64,000 nucleotides of DNA. It comes from Felis catus. Lineage: Eukaryota. Position 1 is the first letter of the stretch. Each line of letters opens with the position of its first letter. The position numbers and the translations under genes are program-made. The DNA lies in NCBI RefSeq assembly GCF_018350175.1, contig NC_058368.1, forward strand, positions 2,666,001 to 2,730,000, read 5' to 3'. Below the pieces are notes generated by a model. That model was not told where the DNA came from, ran no database searches, and saw nothing but the letters and a program-made list of their open reading frames with translations. Below are positions 1 through 12,961 of the stretch, piece by piece.

Positions 1-249
1 TACCTGTGTGTCTCCGGGGGATCTGTGTCCTAGTTTGCGTTCGTATTTTACTGGAGTGTAGACAGATTAGAAACCCTGACTCCATTAGGATATCGATCGT
101 GCGGTGACAAATTTCAAACACACGAATGTAGGGGAATAAAGAACACAGCGAGCACTGACTCAGATTTGACGGTTGCCGCTTTGCTTAATGGATCCATTTA
201 TAAAATTCTGGATATTTAAAAAAAAATATCTCTTCCATCATTTCGTTTT

Positions 250-1122
250 ACTCCTATGAACCTCAGATTGCGTCTCTAAAAAAGCGTAATTTTCCTCCGT
301 AATCACAATGCTACTTGCGTGCTTAAAAATTCGTATTGCTTGCATCAACAAGTTTTCTTGATTGACTCAAAAATGCTTTCTTACACTTGGTTGGTTCAGG
401 GGAGGCCTGCACGTGTTGGTTAGTTAGGGCTGCTTCAGCAGAATACCATTGAGCGGGTGGCTTACACGATAAACACTTCTCACGGGTCTGGAAGTCGGGA
501 GGTCCGAGATCAAGGTGCTGCAAATTTGGTATCTGGGACCAGGGTCCTCTTCCTGGTTTGCAGACAGCAATCTGCCTTCTTGCTGTGTAATTAATGTGGC
601 AGAGAGAAAGCTCTGGTCTCTCTGTTTTTCTAATAAGGGCACTCATCCCATCATGGGGGCCCTGTACTCATGACTTCATCTAAACTTAATTACTTCCCAA
701 AGACTTCAGCTCCTACCACCCTGGGGATTAGGGCTGCAACACGTAAATTTGGGGTGGGGGGCACAAATTGGCAGTCTGTAACGCCCCATGAATGTATCAC
801 CATTGCACCTATTTATAATGTCTCTTGAGACCCTTTTATTACAAAGCAGACCACTCGCCTTCACATCGTTGTTGCAGGAACTGGGTCATATGTCCTCTAG
901 AATGTCCCACATTTGGGATTCGGCCATTGGTTTCCTTGTTCTGTCCTTGAACTTGGTCTTCTGCCTGCCATATTTCCTGTAAGAGGAGGTTACCTCTAGA
1001 GAATTGGTCAGGGTTAGCCTCGTCATTTTTGGCAAGAATATTTTACACGTGATTCTGTTGCTCTCTCTGGCCTGCGTTGGGAGGCCCACAACATCTGGTC
1101 ATCCCACCTCAGGGCTGCTAAG
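250..1122 (-). mobile_element. Old L1 (L1MC4/L1MC5-like) 3' region, split by an MLT1A LTR
   Basis: Segments ~250-410 and ~800-1122 resemble the L1MC 3' UTR consensus (e.g. tagaatgtcccacatttggga, tttttggcaagaata); recognised by eye. Confidence 0.6.
414..783 (-). mobile_element. MLT1A-like solo LTR (ERVL-MaLR)
   Basis: ~370 bp with MaLR LTR motifs (gggctgct...aatacca...gggtggctta; aggtccgagatcaaggtgc; taataagggcact...catgacttcatctaaac). Confidence 0.8.
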
Positions 1123-1577
1123 AATCATTACGGACTCAGAGTGATCTTTAAAAATATACAGTTAAAAAATGGTTTTTCTTCTTACTCCAAAAGTAAGACA
1201 TATTAATTGTAGAAGATTTACAACATGGAGATAAGCAAAAGAAATAAAACTGTCTTAAAATCCCAACCCTAGGTAACCGCCATCCACATTTTGATGTAGA
1301 TCCTTCCAGTATTTCTTCATAATATATATTATATCATAATCATCTCTTTCCACTTACTGTGGCTATCTTTTAAGGTACTGAAATATTCTTTTACAATGTC
1401 GTTGGCTGTCTAGTCCTTGTATATTGGAATCAGAATTTATTTAATTAACCCACCACTTTTGTAGAATTCGTGAAAATCGTGAATCTACTGTCCCAAAGCT
1501 CCTTCAGAAATGGCCCCAGACCCGTCTGAGAGCAAATGACTACTGCGTGTCTACCTGTTTTCTGGATGGCTGCCCCT

Positions 1578-1681
1578 CACTTCTGGGGTTAGAGGTGTTT
1601 AAGGGCAGGAGTGGAGGTGGGGGTAGAGGCACCTCTGAGGTTAGAGGTGCTTAAGGGCAGGAGTGGGGGTGGGGGTGGGGG
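1578..1681 (+). repeat. 52-bp tandem duplication ending in a G-rich tract
   Basis: cacttctggggttagaggtgtttaagggcaggagtggaggtggggg (1578) and cacctctgaggttagaggtgcttaagggcaggagtgggggtggggg (1630). Confidence 0.9.
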
Positions 1682-1814
1682 CTGGGTGCCATTTGAGAGT
1701 TTTCCTGAAGCGTTGAACTCTATCTTCTGTGTCTTACCAAATACCCTACCTTGTTCTGGCGTTAGAGACCCCCTTTCCAGTCTAATGGGCAGATTTCTTG
1801 CACTCGCCCCACCC

Positions 1815-1975
1815 CTGCTCCTCAAAATGTCGTCACTGACCAGTAGCATCAGCTTCTCGGAGCTTCTTGGAAATGCAGTCTCAGGCCCTGCCCTAGACGG
1901 GCTGAACCAGAGCCTGCATTTTAACCAGCGCCCCGGGAGGGACGTGGGAGACTCGCTGTTAGAAAGTGTTTCTAC
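1815..1975. mobile_element. MER5-like hAT-Charlie relic
   Basis: ctcaaaatgt...accagtagcatcagc...gaaatgcagtctcaggcc...ctgcattttaac pattern. Confidence 0.65.
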
Positions 1976-2109
1976 TCAATGGCTGGAGAAGCTGGTGCAG
2001 TGTGCGATTCACGTGCCGAATTCAGCCGTGGAAAAAATCTTCACAAGGGGCCAACTCGACTGGCTTTCTTTGCAAGGACGGAGGAAAAAGCCAGGGGTGC
2101 ATTTTGGAG

Positions 2110-2585
2110 AGGTAAACCTGGCGGTGGCCAGGAGCCTGGGGTTTGCTGTTCAGACTCAGTCTTAATAACTGTGTGATGTTAATAAGTTGTAAGTGGCCCA
2201 ATCTTGGCTTTCCACCCCAGTATAACAGAGACTATATTTCTTATTTCATAGGGATGGTCTGAGGTTTAACCTTTTTAAAAAAAGTTTATTTATTTATTTT
2301 TGAGAGAGAGAGAGAGAGAGAGAGAGCACAAGCAGGGGAGGGGCAGAGAGAGAGGGAGGCATGGAATCTGAACCAGGCTCTAGGCTCTGAGCTGTCATCG
2401 CAGAGCCTGATGCAGGGCTTGAACTCACCAATCACGAGATCATGACCAGAGCTGAAGACAGACGCCCAACCGACTGAGCCACCCAAGTGCCCCTTGGGAT
2501 GGTCTGAGGTTAAATAATACCATGCGCATGAAATACTTAGCACAGGGCCTGGCACATCCTAAGTGCTGAGTCAGCTATTTCATTC
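2110..2585 (+). mobile_element. MIR relic interrupted by a CAN-SINE
   Basis: MIR core and 3' end (ctgtgtga..., gaggttaaataat...cttagcacagggcctggcacat...aagtgct) on both sides of the SINE. Confidence 0.6.
2273..2493 (-). mobile_element. CAN-SINE (SINEC_Fc-type)
   Basis: Reverse-complement tRNA-like head, (GA)n tract and poly-A tail; 16-bp target-site duplication (TSD) gggatggtctgaggtt at 2251-2266 and 2496-2511. Confidence 0.95.
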
Positions 2586-4689
2586 ATGATCGGAAAATGC
2601 TGTTTGAGGAAGTGGCGTTGACAGCAAAGGTTAATTGGTAAATATCACTTTGGGGAATACCAAGATGCTGAACTTTTTCCTTCTAACTTCAGCGGTGAAA
2701 GAAGTCACCCACCAAGTTTAGCCGCTGGTCCCATGGACAGGAAGCGATAAACCATTTTAGGTTGAACGTCCATGTTGTGTTTGGAACAACTGTTCACTAC
2801 ATCCCATAAGCTGTCTTATTCTTTTACCCAATGAGAAGGAAAAAACCCCCCACAAAAAACCCCAAATTCCCCTCACTCTTTTTGTAAAGGTCTTTCTCTT
2901 CAGTACAGGTTGAGGCTTAAATACGCTTTGATTCCAAAGAGATTGTATTTACAAAGAACCTTCATCTTTAAAAAGACCCGTCTAGTTCAATTCTGTAGCA
3001 TTCTAAGAGAGCAACTCAACAAAGAACGTTGCAATGAATCACACAGCGGACTATTCTTTTTGAAGTGAGTGAAATAAAACTACTACCAAATGCGGTGTGG
3101 ACTTTTTCCAACCCCTAAAATAAATATTTGTAAAGCGAGCCTCACTGGCATGAAGGCCATGGTGATAGAGGATTGATACATGATAACATGTTTCTTAAAG
3201 ATGGATCTCCTGACAATTAGAGGTGGAATTCTTATCCTGGAATTGAGCCAGAATGAGTAAAATCCTTTTAGGAGTTAAGTACTCCCCTCTGTGAAGGAAA
3301 CACACTCTCTTGGGGGGCACTACTTAGTTCCAGCGAAAGGCATTGACCCTGTTGCTGGTTGGAGAAATAAGTTTACCTTGTAGGAATCACCCCTAAATTC
3401 TTAGGATTCTTTTAAGTAGGCGAAGTGTCGTCCTAAATAATTTTACCTTCAGACAGCACGAGCTATCCTCGCTATCCCTGTAACTATTCTCATCCTAAGA
3501 TACTTTCTTGCTTCCAGTCGCTCCTGAGAATCTGGTGTTCCCCTTGTGAATTCGTATTATCGAGTGGATTTGCCAAGTACCGTAGGATCAACTCTGTTCA
3601 GGGTCCACTCTGCCGACGGGTTTCCTGCGGTCAGTGAGGGGACAAGGACAGTCTATGTCACCGTGGAGATGGCATTCCCAACCTGTAATCCGGGTTAATG
3701 AGCCTGATCCTGTGGCAGAATCAATAAATATGCACAATTCTAGAACATAGGTGTGGTTTATTTGTATATAATCGGTTGCAGAATTTATGTCCGTCAAAAG
3801 GCTTATCAGTAAGCTAAGCATAGTAACGTAACTAATTATACTTGTGTCCTACTCGGGTACTTTTATAGTTTCAAATATTATTAAGCCCACACAAACCCAC
3901 AAAATGGGTATTTTTTCCATTCTTAGTTTACCATGATCACTGCTTCCTAATGATTTTGCGTCTTTTTAGAGTTTTCTGTGCCTGTGGGCCAAAGATTCAA
4001 ACTAATCTGCTTATAGCAACGTTCTGTTCTTTCACATCCTGTGAATCTCCTGCCACCCCTTCCTCCTGTGCCACCCAAAAAGACAGCACACATCCAGTTA
4101 AACTCATTGTTTGATTTTTCATTAGCATTGTACACGTTTCTCCTAACTTGCCGACCCACGAGCCAATGTTTATCTCCTAGGAAAGGCTTGCGTTAGTCCT
4201 TCATTCCTCTTCTTCGAGTGAATATATTTTCAAAGTTAATTCGTGTTCTTCATTGTCACAAACTTAGAAATATTTAGAAAGGACTTTGTAAAAACATCTG
4301 CCTAACCCTCAGGAAAACAAGCGAGGAAAGGCTATGCCGGACAGAATTTCTTTAGAGCCAAGTCTAACGCAAAATGTTGATGCTTCCTGCCTTTCTCCAG
4401 AGTCTGACTTACTAGAAGGTCCTGATTGTTGTTTAACTGGAACTTGGTCTGAGGAACCCTGAGGATAAATTGTTTTGTCAATATCACTCAGCCACAAACA
4501 TTTTTGCTTTGGGTTTTGTAGCGAAAGCCATGAGTTGGGGAAAGTCACCGTTTCATTTTGAGGCTACCTACTCAAGGAACTAGACCGACTTTAGCTCTGC
4601 TGGCTGTTCGGTTGCTGTGTTAGTGATAATCCTGCACGAACATGGTTCACCCCAAGGTCCTCTGGCATGATGGGCCCTTTGCTCTCCAC

Positions 4690-5345
4690 CATCCTACTTT
4701 CTGTCTCTATGGATCTGACTCCTCTACGGACCTCACAGAAGTGGAGTCATGCTGTTTGTCCTTCTGCGACAGGCTTATTTCAGCCTGGCGTGATGTCCTT
4801 AAGCTTCATGTATGTTTAGGATGAGAGAAGATTTAAGGCTAAATTCCATTGTGTGTAAATTCTGTTTTTATGTGTTTACCACATTTTGTTCACTCATTCA
4901 TCGGTAGGTAGACGCTTGGGTTGCTTCCCCCATTTGGCTTTTGTGGACAGGGCTGCTAGGAACATGAGTGTGCAAATACACGTTCAGGTCCCTGCCTTCG
5001 CTTCTTTTAGGTATAGGCGCAGAAGTGCGATTCCTGGGATATGGCAATTACATTATTGTATTTTTGAGGAATCCTCTGTACTGTTCCCACAGCGGCTGCA
5101 TCATTTTATATTCCCGCCAACAGCGCACAAGGATTCCAATTTCTCCACAGACTTACTGACATTTTGTTTTCTGTATTTTTTTTTTTTTGTTTCTTAAATA
5201 CGATACCCTAGTGGGTGTGAGGTAGTGTCTCATTGTGGTTCTGACTTGCATTTTCCTAATGACTAGCGATGCTGAACATCCTTTCACGTACCCTTCGGCC
5301 CTTTGTATATCTTCTTGGGAGTAATGTCCTTTGTTCATTTTTGAA
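4690..5345 (-). mobile_element. L1 3' fragment (L1MA/MB-like; ORF2 end plus 3' UTR)
   Basis: Minus-strand ORF contains an L1 ORF2 C-terminal-like peptide (SLVIRKMQVRTTMRHYLTP); typical 3' UTR. Confidence 0.85.
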
Positions 5346-5529
5346 TCAGGTTCTTTTCTTTGCTTTTCTTTCTTTCTTTCTTTCTTTTTTTTTTTTTTAG
5401 TGGTTGGGTCCTTTGCTTTTGCAGACCCAAGAGAAAGTGAAGACAATTCCATCAGTCAGTCAATCAACATGTCTTACCTTTATGAGGGAGGCATTACATA
5501 GTCTAAGTTGGTGCTAAATTCTGTTTAGT

Positions 5530-5585
5530 TATTATTATTATTATTTTTAATCTTTATTTATTTTTGAGAGACACACACACAGAAA

Positions 5586-5653
<68 letters not shown>

Positions 5654-5796
5654 GAGAGAAACAGAGAAAGAAGGAGACTTCAGGCTCCGAGCTGTCTGTC
5701 AGCACAGAGTCTGAGTTGGGGCTCGAACTCACAAACTGCAAGATCATGACCTGAGCCATTGTTGGACGCCCAACTGAATGAGCCACCCAAGTGCTC
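5530..5796 (-). mobile_element. CAN-SINE with expanded (CA)n(GA)n microsatellite
   Basis: SINE body; 15-bp TSD ctaaattctgtttag at 5514-5528 and 5797-5811. Confidence 0.95.
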
Positions 5797-6771
5797 CTAA
5801 ATTCTGTTTAGATGGCAACACTGATGGCTGCCTCCAGGTGACAGGACTTGGTATTTTCTCAGAGGCCAGCTACCTGGAATTTACCAAGGGACTTTGGGAC
5901 TGCCAACTAGGTTGTGGGAAGCAAGGGAGCAAAAAAAAAACCCCAAAAAACCCATAAATCAGCCAGGAAAGCTCACTGATCAGAAAATCCCCCCTTCCCC
6001 TGGTACAACAGCCCCCTGGGTCCTAACTTCAGTCTTTAGATATGATCTAACCACTAGGAGGAAAGTAGGGTCCCTGGAACAAAACACATTTTGGCACTTA
6101 CGGCTCTTCCAGATAAAAGCTTACATTTTTTTTTTTTTTAACATTTCTTTGAAACCGGGGACTTAACATGATTTAGGCTCGTGAAAAGCCATCGTTAACA
6201 TGCACTCTTCTTCAACTACGACATGGACCTTTACTCCACACGCTCTCTAAACAGAGATAATTACCATGGTAACCACAGTGTCTCACGATCTCACACATAC
6301 ACTTGCACCTTTCTTAAAGAAACACAGAACACAACAATGTAGAATTAAAACAGTAAATCATTGGAATGTTTTTTATTTGTTGTTACATAGTTGTCAGAAT
6401 TTAGAGAAGAGCTGGACATTGTCATCCGCTATCAATTGTACTTGGAAAAGTAGACGTTTGGCCGGGCCCTTTGACATCTTGCCAGAAATTAAGGGCTTGT
6501 TTGTAACATTGTGTAAGCAGTGACCGATGGGTTTCTAGATTGTTACGGTCAGAAGACTTTCAAAGCAGAAATGTCATGAAGAACAGAAAGTACTGAGCAG
6601 TATAGATTTTTACATGACACATTCACTGGGCCCACTATCTTCAGTTAAATTACAGTTATGATTACCCTAAAGTTGGTAAAAGTTTGCGCAAACATGCTTT
6701 TTTTGGTAACATCTAATTTTATCTTTGGTTGTATTTGGAAACAGGCACAACAATTTTGTTGTGCCTTCAAG

Positions 6772-6806
<35 letters not shown>

Positions 6807-8304
6807 TTTCTGGCTATGTAAACAAGTCTTTTATTGCCCTATGAATACTTGATGAGTGGTCAGCAGAATGAAACCCGTATGAAGCTTTCATCAAGAGGCA
6901 TCTCCAAGCAGCTTCTGACTAACTGCAGCCTCTGGGACACTGGGGACACAGCGAAGCCAAAGACCCACAGGCTGAAGATAAGTAAATTACAAACGCTTTT
7001 AGTAAGTCACCTGCCCTCAGTTTTGAATGTTTCACAATGTTCGTCTACGTATGAAGAGAAATATCTCTCCATAATTCCCCATGTGATGAGGGCTACTTTG
7101 CTTCTAGCTAATGGAATGTAACTCTGATTCCTCTATCGTTAACCGCTCTGTCTCTGGAATACCAATGTTTTGATGAGAGAGAAAAAGGACCCTCTTCTGT
7201 TTGATTGTTTTCTTTTAAATTAAAAGTAGCAATAAATCTAGCTCAACCAAAATAACTGCTGAACATTTCATATTAACACAGCAGTGAAGATGAACTTGGC
7301 CAGTGCATGATAAATGTTTCTCTGTGCTTAGATTGGAATGCCTCCAAACCCTTAAACTCCCACACCAATTTGGAAGGCCTACCTGAGGTTTTTATATCCT
7401 TAGCCTGAAGATTCATTTTTCATTTAAAGATTGAGCTCCGAGGTTTCAAGGACAGCCACGCTATACTTCTGTAGAAAGTACACAGAGATAATGTTGGAAT
7501 GAGAAACTTTTTTTTTTTAAACCTGGTAAATACATTATTTGTCTTCCAAATCTAACTGGTATGTGCTTTTCTGTGTTGTCTATAGTTTAATTATAAATCT
7601 ATAAGCCTACGTTTCATAAATTAAGACACAAAGCAATTGGTGATCTCTTTAGTAAGTGCGTACCTACTATGCGGTGGCTTAAGAACAGATGTGACATAAT
7701 TCTGATCCTTCCACTGCTATCTTGTCTAAGAAGGTGGTGCATGAAATGATATCAGACAGCCCACGTCTGAACCTGACCAGCCAGTTGAATGCTGTCTGCT
7801 TTCTTGTGCATAGGCTACAGTAGTCAGGGATGCTTTATGGAGGAGGTGAGACCTGAACAGGTGCATGAGCAATGGATCGAGTTGGGAGGCAGACCAACTG
7901 ATGATGTGAAAGTGAAGCTGGTTGGTGGACCTCTGTTTGAAACGGTCATCACTTGTTTCACTTCTGGGCTCAAAAGTGTCCCAGATGCTAGATGGTGTGG
8001 AGATCTTGTCCTCAAGAGTTTTGCTCACTGTAGTTGGGGGGTGAAGTTGAGGGATGGCCAATTCAGACCCGGGAGATGAGCTCTTCCTCAAGTCTCACAT
8101 TTGCTATGAACTTGCCTGCGCTCCACCCTTGTTCAGCCTTCCTGTTTACTGGACAATTCCCCCTCACCCTCCGGTCTCACTTCACATGTTGCGTCTTTAG
8201 GGATACATTTTCTGACGTGTCTGGAAAGGTAGAAATCAACTCCCCTCTTAGAAGTGTTCATAATCCCTTGTATTTTCATTTGTAGCTGTGGTCACAGCCT
8301 ATTT

Positions 8305-9152
8305 ATTAATTTTTTTATAAATAATTTATTAAACATTTATTTTTATTTTTTCTATTATTTTTTCTATTATTTTATTCTATTTATTTTTATTTTTTATTTT
8401 TAAAAATTTACATCCAAATTAGTTAGCATAGAGTGCCACAATGATTTCAGGAGTAGAGTCCTTAGTGTCCCTTCCCCATTTAGCCCATCCCCCCTCCCAC
8501 AACCCCTCTCATAACCCTCAGTTTGTTCTCCATATTTATGAGTCTCTTCTGTTGTGTCCCCCTCCCTGTTTTTATATTACTTTTGTTTCCCTTCCCTTAT
8601 GTTTGTCTGTTTTGTCTCTTAAAGTCCTCATATGAGTGAAGTCATATGATTTTTGCCCTTCTCTGACTGACTAACTTCACTTAACATAATACCCTCCAGT
8701 TCCATCCATGTAGCTGCAAATGGCAAGATTTCACTCTTTTTGATTGCTGAGTAATACTCCATTGTATATATATCCCACATCTTCTTTATCCATTCATCCA
8801 TCGATGGAAATTTGGGCTCTTTCCTTACTTTGGCTATTGTCGATAGTGCTGCTATAAACATGGGGGTGCATGCGTCCCTTCAAAACAGCACACCTGTATC
8901 CCGTGGATAAATGCTTAGTAGTGCAATTGCTGGGTCATAGGGTTGTTCGGCTTTTAGCTTTTTGAGGAACCTCCATCCTGTTTTCCAGAGTGGCTGCACC
9001 AGCTTGCGTTCCCACCAACAGTGCAAAAGAGATCCTCTTTCTCCGCATCCTTGCCAACATTTGTTGTTTCCTGAGTTGTCAATGTTAGCCATTCTGACAG
9101 GTGTAAGGTGGTATCTCATTGTGGTTTTGATTTGTATTTCCCTGATGATGAG
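8305..9152 (-). mobile_element. 5'-truncated carnivore/felid L1
   Basis: ORF2 C-terminal peptides ([11 protein letters not shown]...[25 protein letters not shown]...YYSAIKK), 3' UTR, T-rich tail at ~8305-8400. Confidence 0.95.
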
Positions 9153-9159
9153 TAATACT

Positions 9160-9713
9160 TATTTACTTATTTATTCATTCACTCATTCAAATTGAGGTAT
9201 AGTTGGCATATAACATTATATTAGTTTCAGGTGCACTAACTACATCATGATTTGAAATTGTATTATGAAACCGTCACCACAGTAAGTCTAGTTAACATTG
9301 TCACCACACATAGCCACAGCTTTTGTTTTTTCCTTATCTAAAAACAGTGTTTTTAAAGTTTGTTTACTTTGAGACAGTGAGAGAGAGTATACGAGCAAGG
9401 GAGGGGCAGAGAGAGAGGGAGAGAGAGAGAATCCCAAGCAGATTCCACACATCAGTGAGGAGCCCGACGGGGGAGGCTCAAACTCATGAACCGCGAGATC
9501 GTGACCTGAGTTGAAACCAAGAGTCGGACGCTTAACCGACTGAGCCACCTTTTTTCCTTGTAATACGCTCTTTTGAGGTCGACTTAGCCACTTTCAAATA
9601 TGAAACATCGTATTATTAACTATAGTCATCATGCTATACATCCTCGTGACTTGTTTATTTTATAACTGGAAGTTTGTACCTTTTGACCCCCTTCACCCAT
9701 TTTCCCCACCCCT
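9160..9713 (-). mobile_element. L1MA9-like 3' UTR fragment, interrupted by a SINE
   Basis: attgaggtatagttggcatataacattatattagtttcaggtg...tattattaactatagtcatcatgct...ggaagtttgtaccttttgacc. Confidence 0.8.
9345..9549 (-). mobile_element. CAN-SINE, slightly 5'-truncated
   Basis: SINE body flanked by a ttttttcctt duplication. Confidence 0.9.
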
Positions 9714-10079
9714 GTCACAACTTCATTTTGGTTTGTGTGATTATTTAATTGTCTATGTAACCCCTGGTAGTCCTGAGCTCCGTGAGGCCAGAGACTGCTG
9801 TCCGGTGTCGTGAGCCTTACATTTCGAGTGCTAGCATCTAGTACCTAGTACTTGGCATATAGTAGGAGATCAACGAATATTTGACGAATAAATACTGTTG
9901 GAGGAAACAGGTGGATTCCTAGTGGATGCTATCCATGTGTGGGTTAACCTCTTCATAATTCTCATACTCATCACCTACCCAGACTCCTTGGGGGTCACCT
10001 TTATCCACCTTTCATGTTGTTGTGACTCCCCATAGGCTCCTCAGTGCTTTTGTTGTTTGTGTTTTTGCCCTTTTTCATG

Positions 10080-10620
10080 AAAACAGTTGCTCATGCCGCA
10101 GGAGTAAGCCCCCCAAATACAAATCTGATCATGCTCCTCTCCGCTGAAGGTGAAAACATCCTCCTCCCACGTGGTGAGCTGCTACCGGCTCCACCCCGAG
10201 CACCTGACCCGGTCCCCTCACACCCTCTACAGCGCCTCCTGAGCTCTCTGAGGTGTCTCATACTCCTCGGATTTTCACATGCTATCCTTCTAGGCAGGAA
10301 TACCTTTGCCCCCTGTCTTTTATCTGGAAAAGTCATACTCATTCTCAAGACCCAACCCAAATAGTTCCCTCCATGAAGACTTCTCTCTAATCAGCTCGAT
10401 GCCTCCTCCATTTCTGTGGTTTCTTCAACTGTGCCTAGTCGTTCTACTTTTCGCTCTTGCCACACTGTGCCGTAATTATTACCCTACATGTCTATCTCAC
10501 TTGCTAGGTTGAGTTTCTGGAGGCACAGAGCATGCCAGTCACGTAATCACTCCCATTTTGTCCCTATCACTGAATACAGTGTCTGTCACAATAAATATTT
10601 TGAATGAACGAATGGATGAA
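10080..10620 (+). mobile_element. L2 relic
   Basis: aaatctgatcatg..., cagtgtctgtcaca ataaatattttgaatgaacgaatggatg L2 3' end. Confidence 0.6.
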
Positions 10621-10939
10621 AGGAAGTTTCTTTTACTGGTCTTATCCACATCTTAGGAATTGACTAATCTTTCTTTACAGGAGTATAAGCTCCTCTCTTA
10701 AATTACATCCCAAGCTTTTGGAGGCAGAAACAGTTTCTTATATTCTCCTCATGTATCACTTAGTGCTAATCGCACATAATAAGAATGCACTATTTGCTGA
10801 TTGATTGAACACTTGAAAGCCATCCCTTTTAACATATGTTTTGGTGCATACAAAAATAATTCTGGCTTACAATAATATTGTTAGAAAAATATCAGGAAAT
10901 ATCATTTCTCACATCAACTTGTGGAAAATGTCACTTTAT

Positions 10940-11130
10940 TTATTTACTTGTTTATTTATAAAGTTTATTTATTTATTTTGAAACAGAGAGAGTGAACACA
11001 AACAGGGGAGGAGTAGAAAGAGAAAGAATTCCAAGCAGGCTCCACACCTTCAGCACAGAGCTAGACATGGGACTCAAACTCACAAGCCATGAGATCCTGA
11101 TCTGAGCCAACGGAGCCACCCAGGTGCCCC
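10940..11130 (-). mobile_element. CAN-SINE, older, with internal deletion
   Basis: SINE body; flanking gaaaatgtca duplication at 10924 and 11132. Confidence 0.9.
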
Positions 11131-11488
11131 AGAAAATGTCATTTTAAATGACACATCTCCAATTCTCCTTTTGAGAGTTTGCTTCTTGAAAGAAGCAAAT
11201 GTAATGTACGACGTTACAACTGAAGGTTTTGAAAGTTTTATTTTTGAAAATATTTTATTCCAATTAATAAAATTTCCTATGCAAGTTCATGATTTTTTTT
11301 TCTAGAACATGAATTAGAAATTTAGTACCAGATCATTGTAATGAACTTTGAGAGTTCATGTCTTGCAATTCGGAATGGTTAAGTATATTTGATAAAGGCA
11401 CCTATCACTGAGAGTCCAAAAAAAAATGTATTAAGAATCCTTAGAGTGGGAACCAAGTTGAGCAGGGATTGTGGGAAATTGCTTAGAC

Positions 11489-11673
11489 CAGTGGTCCCGA
11501 GTGTGATCCCAGACCAGCAACATCAGTATCGCCTCTATTCTGGTTAGAAATGCACATTCTCAGGTCCCATCTTGGATCTACTAAATCAAGAATGCTGGGG
11601 GTGAGGTCCAGCAACTTGAGTTTTAAAAACCCTCCAGGAGATTATGGTGCATTCTAGAGTTTGAAAACTACAG
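11489..11673. mobile_element. MER5A-like hAT-Charlie MITE
   Basis: cagtggtcc...accagcaacatcag...gttagaaatgcacattctcagg...ttttaaaaaccctccagg...agtttgaaaactac. Confidence 0.85.
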
Positions 11674-11734
11674 CTTTGGTCGAACTTTTCCCCAATTCAG
11701 TGACCTTCCTTCCTTCCTTGCTTTCTTTTCTATC

Positions 11735-11948
11735 TTAAATTTTTTTAAATATTTATTTTTCAGAGAGAGAGAGACAGAGTGTGAGCAAGGGAGGGGCAGA
11801 GAGAGAGAGGGAGGCATAGAATCTGAAGCAGGCTCCAGGCTCTGAGCTGTCAGTGCAGAGCCTGGTGTGGGGCTCGAAGTCACCACACGAGAGGTCATGA
11901 CCTGAGCTGAAGTCAAACCCTTAACTGACCGAGCCACCCAGGTGCCCC
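11735..11948 (-). mobile_element. CAN-SINE (SINEC_Fc-type)
   Basis: Full SINE body in reverse orientation. Confidence 0.95.
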
Positions 11949-12961
11949 GAATGACTTCCCTTTCTTAACAGAAGGCCATTCAACCTCTGCTTGGCTTCTT
12001 CCATTCGGTGGAGACCTTATCTCCCAACGAGGAAGCACATCATACTTTGGAACTGGTAAAACATTCTTTAAGTTTTGATTGGTAAAATCTTCTGCCGACT
12101 TCCTTGTAACTTCCATTCTCTGAGCTATGGTGTACTTTCTGGAGCTCTCTAAACTAAAAAAATTGCTCTCCACGGCACTGCCCAAAGCGTCCGTGCCCCA
12201 TTCTGCATCCGTTCCCGGGGGAAACACTCCTCAGTCTACCCAGCAATCCACGTAGGTCATCTATCCGTCATGCCCCCGGTGTAGTTCTGCTTGTCCCGAT
12301 TCTCGCTGGCATCCTAGATTTGGGCCGAACAGATCGGACGCAGTGTTTCTATCCACGTGGTTGAAAAACATGTTCGTTGTTTTGGTCCACCGTGTTATAA
12401 TTTTGAGGCACTTTGCTCTTCAAGTAAAACAGAAACGGACAGGGGAAAAACCATTCTATGTTTCTTCGACGTGAGCTGCAGTTATCGGTACTTGGGCGTT
12501 TGCCTTCTGGTCCTGTTTTATTTTTCAAGGTAGTTTTGCTTTTATTAAAGTATCATTTGCAGAGTGGGTTTATTCATTCCTAAATTTTTAATGGGAAGGT
12601 GAGAGAAAATCACCACGTGAACAGATTTAGAAAGCAAAGTTATTGCCATGGAAATTTCCTTCCCATTTTCAAATTGGCCGTGCTTGCTTTTAAGCTTCTT
12701 GGGATATACAATTAAGTTTATTGACCTTAATAAATTCCACTGTAGGTATACATTAAGTTACAAGATGGGGAGAAATATTCAAATAGAACGATTTAAAAAA
12801 TATTTCACTTCTCCCATTATCTTTGAACGTTTTCCCACTACTTTGCTTATGCTTTAAAACAAATGGGCTCCTGTTTGTATTTCTAGTTCACATATACATA
12901 TGAATATATTGCCTTTTTAAGCCTTATGGAAGTATAATTGACAAATGAAGTTTTAGTGTAA

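Larger units (their letters stand above)
8120..9895 (+). mobile_element. L2 3' relic (~8120-8300 and ~9714-9895) split by nested L1 insertions
   Basis: L2 3' terminus (cttggcatatagtaggagatcaacgaatatttgacgaataaat) downstream; L2-like pyrimidine-rich segment upstream. Confidence 0.55.

Noticed and set aside
1611..2165. 184-aa ORF
   Set aside because: GTG start, runs through a tandem duplication and a MER5 relic, no recognisable domain
3588..3821. Possible minus-strand exon (acceptor near 3683, donor near 3580)
   Set aside because: Weak pyrimidine tract, stops in all three frames, no recognisable peptide
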